Source: Acidimicrobiales bacterium (GTDB taxonomy: Bacteria; Actinomycetota; Acidimicrobiia; Acidimicrobiales; VFJN01). From it: a stretch of DNA of 49,116 nt. Shown here piece by piece: positions 27,201-35,264 of the stretch (its first letter is position 1; every line of letters begins with the position of its first letter). The notes under the pieces were generated by a model. That model saw nothing but the letters and a program-made list of their open reading frames with translations. It was not told the DNA's origin and did no database searches. The stretch covers positions 1 through 49,116 of the forward strand of contig JBKJIL010000276.1 of NCBI GenBank assembly GCA_046598435.1. The letters are read 5' to 3'. A program made the position numbers and the translations under genes.

Positions 27201-28382
27201 TCAAGAGGCTTGAGGGATGGATGGGAGGTCGAGCTCGCCGAGACCCTGGCGGATGAGCCGCCGCACCTCGATCAGGTGCCAGCGGGCCAGGCCCTCGTCG
27301 ATGCACCGCTCGACCTCAGCCACCGCGGCGGCGCGCACCCGGGACACCCGCTGCGTGCGGGCGGCGAGCGACTCCATCGTGACGACATCGAGCGAACAGG
27401 ACGGATCGACGTTGCGGGGGTGGCCGGCGTCGATCACCAGCGGAGCCCAAGCGGCGTCTCGAGCCCGCAGGGAGCGCACGAGTGCAGGCGTGATCACCGG
27501 CTCGGGTGACGCGGTGGCGGTCACGACGACATCGGCGCCCGGGAGCAGCCCGGGGAGTGCGTCGAGATCGGCGGCCACGCCGCCGTGGAGGGTGGCCAGG
27601 GAGGCCGCCCGGTCACGCGACCGGTTGACGACGACCAGATCGACGACCAGCCGCTTGGTGAGCTCGCGGGCGATCACCGACGCGGCGTCCCCCGCGCCGA
27701 CCAGCACGACCCGGCCCGGCGTGGCCGACCGCCCGGCGACGACACCGGCCACGGCGGCGCCGATGCCCGCGCCGCCGGCGCCGATCGAGGTCTGGGACCG
27801 GGCCTGCTTGCTGGTGCGCAGGGCATGGTCGACGACGAGGCGCAGGCGCGGACCGAGCAAGCCCAGCTCGTCGGACTGGCGGGCCGCCGTGCGGAGCTGG
27901 CCGACGATCTCGTTGTCACCGAGGAGGGCGGACTCGAGCCCGGCGGCCACCCGGAACAGGTGACGGGCCGCCGCCCGACCCTGGAGGTGGTATCGGGCCG
28001 CGGTCAGGGCCGCGCAGGCCCCGTCGGCACCGGCACGGCCGAGCACCCCCCGGTGCCAGGCATCGAGGGCGTCCTCCGGCGCACCGAGGACGTACAGCTC
28101 GGTGCGGTTGCAGGTGGACAGGAGCAGCAGCTCCCCTTCGGGCAGGACCGCCCGAGCGGCCCTCAGGGCCGCCCCGGTGGCGGTCGGGTCGAGCGCCAGT
28201 GACTCACGCACGTCGAGCGGCGCCGTCTGGAAGCTCACCCCGAGCAGCTGCAGGTCCGTCGCCATTGCCATCGCCTGGTCGTCCGCTCCCTCGTCGGTGG
28301 TGGGGACGACCCGGAGGCGCTCGGGCGCGTCATCCCAGCGGGTGCCGGGCCACGCAGCCGACAGGCGATCGAGCGCCTCCAT
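27201..28382 (-). CDS. hemA: Glutamyl-tRNA reductase (HemA), short C-terminus
   Basis: LLGVSFQTAPLDVRE, catalytic-Cys motif LLLLSTCNRTELYV, HLFRVAAGLESALLGDNEIVGQLR, and NADPH-binding VVLVGAGDAASVIAREL...VVVNRSRDRA. The start is uncertain (ATG 28382, 28271 or 28265). Confidence 0.85.
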   Translation of the reverse strand: MEALDRLSAAWPGTRWDDAPERLRVVPTTDEGADDQAMAMATDLQLLGVSFQTAPLDVRESLALDPTATGAALRAARAVLPEGELLLLSTCNRTELYVLGAPEDALDAWHRGVLGRAGADGACAALTAARYHLQGRAAARHLFRVAAGLESALLGDNEIVGQLRTAARQSDELGLLGPRLRLVVDHALRTSKQARSQTSIGAGGAGIGAAVAGVVAGRSATPGRVVLVGAGDAASVIARELTKRLVVDLVVVNRSRDRAASLATLHGGVAADLDALPGLLPGADVVVTATASPEPVITPALVRSLRARDAAWAPLVIDAGHPRNVDPSCSLDVVTMESLAARTQRVSRVRAAAVAEVERCIDEGLARWHLIEVRRLIRQGLGELDLPSIPQAS

Positions 28383-28410
28383 GGTCGTCCCTCGTCCCTG
28401 TCTCGTCGGC

Positions 28411-31400
28411 CTAGTAGGTGAAGCGCCCGACGAGCTGCTGCAGCTCAGCGGCCATTCGGGCCAGCTCGGCCGACGCTCGCTGGGAGTCGTTGGCCCCGCT
28501 GGCCGTGGACTCCGCAGCGGAGGCCACCCCGGAGATGTTCTCGGCGATCTCGGCCGAGCCCCGGTTGGCCTCGCTCACGTTGCGAGCGATCTCGCTCGTC
28601 GTGGCCGCCTGCTCCTCCACCGCCGTGGCGATGGTGTTCTGGAAGTCGGAGATCTGGTCGATGATCGAGCTGATCTGGGCGATGGCGTCGACCGCCCCGC
28701 CCGTGTCGCCCTGGATGGCCTCGATCTTCTGCGAGATGTCCTCGGTGGCCTTGGCCGTCTCCTTGGCCAGCTCCTTGACCTCGTTGGCCACCACGGCGAA
28801 GCCCTTGCCGGCCTCGCCAGCCCGGGCCGCCTCGATGGTGGCGTTGAGAGCCAGCAGGTTCGTCTGCTGCGCGATGCCGGTGATCACCTTGATGATCTGG
28901 CCGATCTCGGCCGACGACTCGCCCAGCTTGGCGACGGTGGTGTTCGTCTCGGTGGCCACCTCGACCGCCTGGCCGGCGACCTTGGCCGCCTCCGTGGCGT
29001 TCTTGGCGATCTCCTTGATCGACGCCGTCATCTCCTCGGCGCCGGTGGCGACGGTCTCGACGTTGGCCGAGACCTGCTCGGAGGCGGCGGACACGACGTT
29101 GGCCTGGGAGGAGGTCTCGCCGGCGTTGACGCCCATCTGCTCCGATACTGCGTTGAGCTCCTCCGCCGCGGACGCCAAGGAGTCAGCGTTCTGGGCGATG
29201 GCGGCAACGCTCGTGCGCAGGTCCTGGAGGAGGCGGGCCAGCCCGTCGCCCATCTGGCCGATGGCGTCCTCTCCCGAGACGGTCACCTCGCGGGTCAGAT
29301 CGCCCTCGGCGGCGGCGCTGACGACGCTCAGCATCTGGTCGACCTTGGTTCGCAGCTCGTCGGCGGCGCACTTCTCGCGCTCCTGGGTCTGGAGGCGCTC
29401 GAGCGCCGACGACACCAGCCGCCCGACGGAGCGCAGGGCGTCGAGCCGGTTGGGGCTCGGTTGCAGCGTCTCCGTGGCGAAGAAGTCCATGGTGCCGATG
29501 ACCTCACCGTCCACGATCACGGGGAAGCACACGCCGCTCTTCACGCCGATGCGCTGGGCGACGGGAGCCCGCACGCAGTCGGTCATCTCGCCGATGTCCT
29601 TCGTGAAGTACAAGTCCCGCGTCTTCCACGCCCGACCCGACAGGCCGACCCCCTCCTTGAAGGACGCCTCCATCGTGACGGCACGGAACTCAGGCCCGGC
29701 ATCCCCGGATTCCACCGAGAACCGGAGCGCGCTCTCGGCCGGGTCGACCTTCCAGTACGAGCCGTAGGCCCAACCGAAGGCATCTCGCACGGTGTCGAGC
29801 GCCACGCGCGCCGCCTCGTCGGCCGAGGCAGCTGACTGCAGGGCGGACATCACCCGGTTGACCGCGTCCGTGTCGGCGGCTGCCTCAGCGGTGGCCTGGG
29901 CGGAGGCCAGCTTCTGCAGCGTCTGCGACACGAGCCGACCGACCGAGCGCAGCGCCTCGAGCCGGTTGGAGCTCGGGTCGAGCGTCTCGGTGGCGAAGAA
30001 GTCCATGGTGCCCACCACGTCGCCGTCGACGATGACCGGGAAGCACACGCCGCTCTTGACGCCGATGCGCTGGGCCACCGGAGCGCGCACGCAGTCCGTC
30101 ATCTCGCCGATGTCCTGGGTGAAGTACAGGTCGCGGGTCTTCCACGCCCGGCCCGACAAGCCCACGCCTTCCTGGAACGACGCTGCCAGTGTGACCCTGC
30201 GGAACTCCTCACCGGCATCGCCGGACTCGACCGCGAAGTGCAGCGCGCTATCGCTCGGGTCGACCTTCCAGTAGGAGCCGTAGGCCCAGCCGAAGGCGTC
30301 TCGCACGGTGTTGAGGGCCGCCGTGGCTGCGCCGTCCGTGTTGGTCGCGCCCTGGAGGGCGGTCATGACTTCGTTGACGGCCGCCGTGTCGGCCGCCACC
30401 TCAGCGGCAGTGGCCTCGGCAGCCAGCTTGTCGGTGATGACCTCCCAGCTGGCCATGGCGCCGATGTGGCGGCCGTCGCCGTCGGTGATCGGCGACACGA
30501 GCAGGTCGAGGATCTCCGGGCCCACCTGGATCTGGCTGCGCATCGGGAGGTGCTTGGCCGGGTCGCCGAGGATGCCCCGCTGGTGCGTCGGGTCCTTGTG
30601 GAAGATGTCGATGTTCGAGCCCACCACCTCGTCCGCCGTGCACGGGAGGTACTGCTCGATCGAGCGGAGCGTCTCGAGCGAGGCCGGGTTCATGTACCGC
30701 ACCACGAGGTCCTTGTCGGCGAACATCATGTTCGTCGGCGCGTTCTCCATCATCGACTGCACCCGGGCCATCTCCCGCTCGGTGCGGACCTTTTCGCTGA
30801 CGTCCTCCCAGCTCACGACGTAGGCGCAGATCTCGCCGTCGACGCGGACGCCGTTGATGTTGGCCTTCAAGGTGACGTTGCCGAAGGTGAACTGCGCGTC
30901 GTGGGGCAGCGAGTCCGCCGCTTCGAGGATGCGCTCGACGCGAGCGGGGTTCTTGTGGAATCGGTGGATGGACCCGCCGAGCACCTGGTCGACCCCCACG
31001 CCGAACGCTGCGATCAGATCGGCCTCGAGGCCGCGAAGGGTCTCGATGGCGCAGTCGTTGGCGTACACGAGGTTGAGCTGCTTGTCGGCCACGAAGACGT
31101 TGGCCTGAACGGCGTCGAGGACGGCCCGCACGGAGGCCGTAGCCGCGAGCGCGTCGTCGGAGGGGCTGGTCGCGGCGCTGTGGCCGTTGGAGGTGACGGT
31201 GCTCATCGTGGTGTCCTTCTTGGTGCGGCGGGAGCGGGCGGGCTTGGTGGTGGGCTGGGCGGGCGGAACAGGCGGGGAGGCGTCGACGATCGCCTCGGCG
31301 ACGGGGACGACGATCCCGGCCGCCTCGCCGATCAGGTCTTCGGGCACGCCGAGGTGCTGCAGCGCACCGACGAGGTGCCCGAGCACGGCGTCCATGTGGT

Positions 31401-31668
31401 GGCGCTCGATGCTCATGCCGCGATGGACGTCGACCACGTCGCGGCCGCTGTAGGCCACTGGCCCGCCGAAGGCGTGGGCCACGACCTCGGCCAGCATCTC
31501 CCGGAGGCGCTCGACGTCGACATCGAGGAAGAACCGGTCGAGGAGGGGGTCGACGAGGATGCGGTCGTAGAGCTCCGCGACCGTGGCGTCGATGGCGGCC
31601 TTGCCGCCGATGCGCTCGAACAGCGACGCCTGGTCGACGCCGGCGGCGGGGGGTTCGGTGACGGTCAC
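28411..31668 (-). CDS. Soluble methyl-accepting chemotaxis protein with domain order truncated haemoglobin - PAS - PAS - GAF - GAF - HAMP-like - MCP signalling domain
   Basis: 1085 aa with no hydrophobic TM stretch. Residues 13-128 form a trHb-like domain ([32 protein letters not shown]...[30 protein letters not shown]). Two PAS-like blocks (IHRFHKNP..., IDIFHKDP...). Two near-identical GAF modules. MCP hairpin tip ([37 protein letters not shown]). GTG start in a GTGA overlap with the cheW stop. Confidence 0.9.
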   Translation of the reverse strand: MTVTEPPAAGVDQASLFERIGGKAAIDATVAELYDRILVDPLLDRFFLDVDVERLREMLAEVVAHAFGGPVAYSGRDVVDVHRGMSIERHHMDAVLGHLVGALQHLGVPEDLIGEAAGIVVPVAEAIVDASPPVPPAQPTTKPARSRRTKKDTTMSTVTSNGHSAATSPSDDALAATASVRAVLDAVQANVFVADKQLNLVYANDCAIETLRGLEADLIAAFGVGVDQVLGGSIHRFHKNPARVERILEAADSLPHDAQFTFGNVTLKANINGVRVDGEICAYVVSWEDVSEKVRTEREMARVQSMMENAPTNMMFADKDLVVRYMNPASLETLRSIEQYLPCTADEVVGSNIDIFHKDPTHQRGILGDPAKHLPMRSQIQVGPEILDLLVSPITDGDGRHIGAMASWEVITDKLAAEATAAEVAADTAAVNEVMTALQGATNTDGAATAALNTVRDAFGWAYGSYWKVDPSDSALHFAVESGDAGEEFRRVTLAASFQEGVGLSGRAWKTRDLYFTQDIGEMTDCVRAPVAQRIGVKSGVCFPVIVDGDVVGTMDFFATETLDPSSNRLEALRSVGRLVSQTLQKLASAQATAEAAADTDAVNRVMSALQSAASADEAARVALDTVRDAFGWAYGSYWKVDPAESALRFSVESGDAGPEFRAVTMEASFKEGVGLSGRAWKTRDLYFTKDIGEMTDCVRAPVAQRIGVKSGVCFPVIVDGEVIGTMDFFATETLQPSPNRLDALRSVGRLVSSALERLQTQEREKCAADELRTKVDQMLSVVSAAAEGDLTREVTVSGEDAIGQMGDGLARLLQDLRTSVAAIAQNADSLASAAEELNAVSEQMGVNAGETSSQANVVSAASEQVSANVETVATGAEEMTASIKEIAKNATEAAKVAGQAVEVATETNTTVAKLGESSAEIGQIIKVITGIAQQTNLLALNATIEAARAGEAGKGFAVVANEVKELAKETAKATEDISQKIEAIQGDTGGAVDAIAQISSIIDQISDFQNTIATAVEEQAATTSEIARNVSEANRGSAEIAENISGVASAAESTASGANDSQRASAELARMAAELQQLVGRFTY
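29383..30396 (-). repeat. Intragenic tandem duplication (period 516 nt, 172 codons) encoding the two helix+GAF modules of the receptor
   Basis: Protein residues about 425-590 and about 597-762 are near-identical ([18 protein letters not shown]...[48 protein letters not shown]). By eye, the DNA copies are mostly identical with scattered substitutions. Confidence 0.8.
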
Positions 31669-32129
31669 AGGGGCTCCGTGGTGGTGAGGGCCAGGTCGAG
31701 GACCCGGTCGCAGTCGAGGATGAGCAGGAGACGGCCCTCGAGCTTGTAGACACCGACGATCACGTCTCGGGTGGCAGCGGGCAGGGTGGACGGGGAGGGT
31801 TCGAAGTCGTCGTCGACGACCTCGATGACGTCGCCGATCTCGTCGACGAGGAGGCTGACGACGCCGTCGTCGCCGCGGATGACGACGTTCATCGGGTCGT
31901 GGCCGGCCTCGCGCTCGTCAAGACCGAGACGGCGGCGAAGGTCGATGGTCGTGACGATCTCGCCACGGAGGTTCATCAGCCCACCGATGACGGCCGAGGC
32001 CAGGGGCACCGGCGTGGTGGCCTGGTGCCGGATGACCTCCTGGACGCCGGTGACCTCCACGCCCAGGAAGAGATCCCCGAGGCGGAAGGTGCAGTACTGC
32101 GTGTGGTCGGTCATGGTCGCGGTGCTCAC
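31665..32129 (-). CDS. cheW: Chemotaxis coupling protein CheW
   Basis: 154 aa ([24 protein letters not shown]...[24 protein letters not shown]...). GTGA overlap with the cheA stop. Confidence 0.9.
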   Translation of the reverse strand: MSTATMTDHTQYCTFRLGDLFLGVEVTGVQEVIRHQATTPVPLASAVIGGLMNLRGEIVTTIDLRRRLGLDEREAGHDPMNVVIRGDDGVVSLLVDEIGDVIEVVDDDFEPSPSTLPAATRDVIVGVYKLEGRLLLILDCDRVLDLALTTTEPL

Positions 32130-34483
32130 GCCGCCACCTCCGTGAAGAGCTGGGCGAGGGCACGGCGGAGCACGCCCTCGACGTCGAGGACATCGGTGAC
32201 GCGCCCTTGGATGACGGCGGAGCCGAGGGTTCCGGCGACCGCCGTGTGGGTGCTGAGCTCGAGCGCCTGCTCGACGATGTCGTGGATGCCATCGACGACG
32301 AGACCCACGCTGTGGGCGCCCTCGTTGTAGACGACCACCCGGACAGGCGCGTCGGGATCCCGCTCTGACCGGTACCCGAGCTCGTCGGCGAGGAACACCA
32401 ACGGGAGGATCTCGCCGCGGTACTGCACCACCCGCTGGTCGCCCGCCTCCTCGATGATGGCGGCGTCGAACTCCTCCAGGCGGGCGACCATCTCGAGCAG
32501 CAGGGCCAGCCGGCGCTCGCCGAGGCTGAAGAGGAGCATCGTGCGCCGATCGGCGGCGTCGTCGCCGTCGCCCTCGTCATGGCTGCCGTCGCGGTGGTGG
32601 CTGTTGACGCTCGCCATCTCGGCGAGGCCCAGGACGTCGAGGATCAGGGCGATGCGCCCGTCGCCCATGATGGTGGCCCCGGCGAAGGCCCGAACCCCCT
32701 TCAGCAGGCGGCTCAGCGGCTTCACGACGATCTCGGCCGTGTCGCTGATCTCCGACACCACCAGACCGAACTGCTCACCGTCGGCCTGGAGCACGACGAT
32801 GTTCACCGTCTCGCTCTCCGGATCATCCGGCCGGGCCGTCTCGAGGACCTCGTCGAGGAACACGAGGGGGAGCAGACGGCCCCGGAGGCGGTACACGGGG
32901 GTGCCATGGATGTGCTCGACCGACGAGGTGACCTCCCGTCGGTCGAGCCGAACGAGCTCGAGGAGGCTCACCTGAGGGATGGCGTAGCGCTCCTCGCCCG
33001 ACGCGACCAGCAACGCAGGGATGATGGCCAGCGTCAACGGGATCTTGATCTTGAAGACGGTGCCGAAGCCCTCGCGCGTCTGCACGTCGATGCTGCCGCC
33101 GATGGCTTCGATGTTGGTCTTGACGACATCCATGCCCACGCCTCGACCAGAGATGTTCGACACCTGCTCGGCGGTGGAGAAGCCGGGGAGGAAGATGAGG
33201 TTCGTGAGCTCGCGGCTCCCCATCGAGGCGGCCTGCTCTGCGGTGATCAGGTCTCGTTCGACGGCCTTGGCGCGAATGCGGCTGGGCGACAGGCCGGCGC
33301 CGTCATCGCTGATCTCGATGTTCACCTGGCCGCCCTCGTGGAAGGCGCGCAGCCGCACGACGCCCTCGGTCGGCTTGCCCAGCTCGGCGCGCCGCTCCGG
33401 AGACTCGATGCCGTGGTCGACCGAGTTGCGCACCAGGTGCGTCAACGGGTCCTTGATGGCCTCGATGATCGTCTTGTCGAGCTCGGTGTCCTTGCCTTCC
33501 ATCTCGATGCGCACCTGCTTGTCGCAGGCCATGGCGAGATCGCGGACGACGCGGGGGAACTTGCTCCACACGTTCTCGATGGGCTGCATTCGGGTCTTCA
33601 TGACGCCCTCCTGCAGCTCGGTGGTGATGAGGTTGAGGCGCTGGGAGGTGGCGGTGAGCCCGGCGTCGCCGCCGTCGACGGTCTGGGTGAACTGGAGGAT
33701 CTGGTTGCGGGCCAGCACCAGCTCGCCCACCAGGTTCATGAGGTTGTCGAGGAGCGAGACGTCGACGCGGATGGAGCTCTCCGAGACGCTCGAGCCGACC
33801 GCCTGGGCGGAGCGCTGCTCCTGCTGGTGCTGCAGCGCCTCACCCACGTCGCGCGGTTCGAGCGTCCCCTGCTCCACGAGGAGCTCGCCGAGATGGCGCG
33901 GATCGCCGGCGGCCTGGGCGGCGACTGCCGCCGCCACGTCGTCCTCGGTGACGAGCCCCTCGTTGACGAGCAGCTCACCGAAGGCCTGCACCCCCTGCGC
34001 CGGGGGCGTCTCAGGCGCGGGGTGGTCGGCCTGGTCACCTCCCTCGGCGCAGGGGGTGGGGAGCGCGACCGCGGAGGCGGGGGAAGCCTCTCGGTGGTTC
34101 AGGCGCTCGAGGGTGCCGACGAGCTCGTCGAAGGTCTCTGGACCCTCGGCTCCTTGGTGCTCGATGTCGGCGAGGATGTGACGGACGGCGTCCACCATGG
34201 CGAGCAAGGCGGAGGTGATCTCCGAGGTCACGACGAGCTCCCCGTCGCGGAGCTTCGACAGGAGGCTCTCCCCCACATGGGTGACCCGCTCGAGGGTGCC
34301 GTACCCCAGGAAGCCCGAGGTGCCCTTGATCGTGTGGATCGTGCGGAAGATCGAGGCGATCGTGTCGGGATCCGGCTGCTGCTCGAGCTCCACGAGCTGT
34401 TGGTCGAGTCGGTCGAGGTTCTCGTGGCTCTCCACGAGGAACTCGCCGACGATCTCATCGAGCTCATCAGGCAGGCCGGTCAC
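32126..34483 (-). CDS. cheA: Chemotaxis histidine kinase CheA with a duplicated C-terminal CheW-like domain
   Basis: Hpt domain (IFRTIHTIKGTSGFLG), dimerisation domain and HATPase (HLVRNSVDHGIE, DDGAGL, GRGVGMDVV), a P5 CheW-like domain, then a second CheW-like domain. GTG start at 34483. The 865-aa ORF-track model runs through the tRNA-Tyr gene and is rejected. Confidence 0.93.
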   Translation of the reverse strand: MTGLPDELDEIVGEFLVESHENLDRLDQQLVELEQQPDPDTIASIFRTIHTIKGTSGFLGYGTLERVTHVGESLLSKLRDGELVVTSEITSALLAMVDAVRHILADIEHQGAEGPETFDELVGTLERLNHREASPASAVALPTPCAEGGDQADHPAPETPPAQGVQAFGELLVNEGLVTEDDVAAAVAAQAAGDPRHLGELLVEQGTLEPRDVGEALQHQQEQRSAQAVGSSVSESSIRVDVSLLDNLMNLVGELVLARNQILQFTQTVDGGDAGLTATSQRLNLITTELQEGVMKTRMQPIENVWSKFPRVVRDLAMACDKQVRIEMEGKDTELDKTIIEAIKDPLTHLVRNSVDHGIESPERRAELGKPTEGVVRLRAFHEGGQVNIEISDDGAGLSPSRIRAKAVERDLITAEQAASMGSRELTNLIFLPGFSTAEQVSNISGRGVGMDVVKTNIEAIGGSIDVQTREGFGTVFKIKIPLTLAIIPALLVASGEERYAIPQVSLLELVRLDRREVTSSVEHIHGTPVYRLRGRLLPLVFLDEVLETARPDDPESETVNIVVLQADGEQFGLVVSEISDTAEIVVKPLSRLLKGVRAFAGATIMGDGRIALILDVLGLAEMASVNSHHRDGSHDEGDGDDAADRRTMLLFSLGERRLALLLEMVARLEEFDAAIIEEAGDQRVVQYRGEILPLVFLADELGYRSERDPDAPVRVVVYNEGAHSVGLVVDGIHDIVEQALELSTHTAVAGTLGSAVIQGRVTDVLDVEGVLRRALAQLFTEVAA

Positions 34484-34570
34484 GGCTGGTCTTCTCGGCA
34501 CTGGGGACGGCGGCTTGAGGCCGATGGCGCAGGTTCTACGGCCCGAACCGGACGTTCCCGACAGACGCGA

Positions 34571-34598
34571 ACGACGCCCCGCCGAAGCGGGGCGTCGT
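34571..34598 (-). terminator. Stem-loop immediately 3' of tRNA-Tyr
   Basis: 12-bp perfect inverted repeat ACGACGCCCCGC / GCGGGGCGTCGT with a 4-nt loop, abutting the CCA end of the tRNA. No clear U-tract. Confidence 0.45.
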
Positions 34599-34682
34599 GG
34601 TGGGCCCGGAAGGATTTGAACCTCCGTAGGCAATGCCGACTGGTTTACAGCCAGTTCCCTTTGGCCACTCGGGCACGGACCC
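34598..34682 (-). tRNA. tRNA-Tyr (anticodon GTA), CCA-encoded, long variable arm
   Basis: Hand-folded cloverleaf. Acceptor GGGTCCG/CGGGCCC (one G-U pair), 3-bp D stem, anticodon stem ACTGG/CCAGT with loop CTGTAAA, variable arm CGGCATTGCCTAC, T arm GGAGG-TTCAAAT-CCTTC, discriminator A plus CCA. 85 nt. Confidence 0.9.
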
Positions 34683-34746
34683 AGGGGTGCCGACGATAGC
34701 GGCCGATCGCGGCCTCGTTGCAATCGTTCTGGCTAGCGTGCGCGCC

Positions 34747-35235
34747 ATGCCCAGCTTCGACGTCGTCTCCGAGATCGACCAGCAGGAGATCCGCAACGCG
34801 GTGGACCAGGCCGCCCGCGAGGTCACCACCCGCTACGACTTCAAGGGCACCGACACGACCATCGAGCTGTCCCCGACAGAGATCAAGCTGCACTCCGCCA
34901 GCGAGGATCGCCTCACGGCGCTGCGCCAGCTGCTCGAGGAGAAGCTGGTGAAGCGCAAGGTGTCGCTCAAGGCGCTCGACTACCAGAAGGTGGAGGAGGC
35001 CTCGGGGGCCACGGCCCGCCAGCTCGTGAAGCTGGTGGCAGGCATCTCGAAGGAGAAGGCGACGGAGCTGAACAAGCACATCAAGGCGCTGAACCTGAAG
35101 GGCATCCAGTCCCAGGTGCAGGGCGAGCAGCTCCGCGTCACCGGCAAGAAGCGAGACGACCTCCAGGCGGTCATCTCGGCGCTGAAGGAGCACGACTTCG
35201 GCATCCCGCTGCAGTTCAGCAACTTCCGCGACTGA
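34747..35235 (+). CDS. yajQ: YajQ-family nucleotide-binding (cyclic-di-GMP-binding) protein
   Basis: MPSFDVVSEIDQQEIRNAVDQAAREVTTRYDFKGTDTTIEL...LQFSNFRD, the full-length UPF0234/YajQ signature. ATG at 34747. Confidence 0.88.
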   Translation: MPSFDVVSEIDQQEIRNAVDQAAREVTTRYDFKGTDTTIELSPTEIKLHSASEDRLTALRQLLEEKLVKRKVSLKALDYQKVEEASGATARQLVKLVAGISKEKATELNKHIKALNLKGIQSQVQGEQLRVTGKKRDDLQAVISALKEHDFGIPLQFSNFRD

Positions 35236-35264
35236 GCACCGAACGAGGCGCGGCGCCTTCGGGA

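Noticed and set aside
34484-34570. Possible sigma-28 (FliA/WhiG)-type promoter upstream of cheA (GCCGTAGA as a -10-like element)
   Set aside because: Only about 5 of 8 positions match GCCGATAA, and there is no TAAA-like -35 at the right spacing. This is too weak to call without 5'-end data.
32579-34699. 706-aa plus-strand ORF. The same applies to 28102..29835, 28418..29767 and 30238..31749.
   Set aside because: All are antisense to cheA or to the trHb-MCP. They are low-complexity, homology-free GC-rich shadow ORFs.
34484-34723. N-terminal 80 codons of the 865-aa ORF-track model for cheA
   Set aside because: This stretch runs antisense-free straight through the tRNA-Tyr gene (34598-34682) and its hairpin, and it has no CheA similarity. 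The Hpt domain begins right after GTG 34483.
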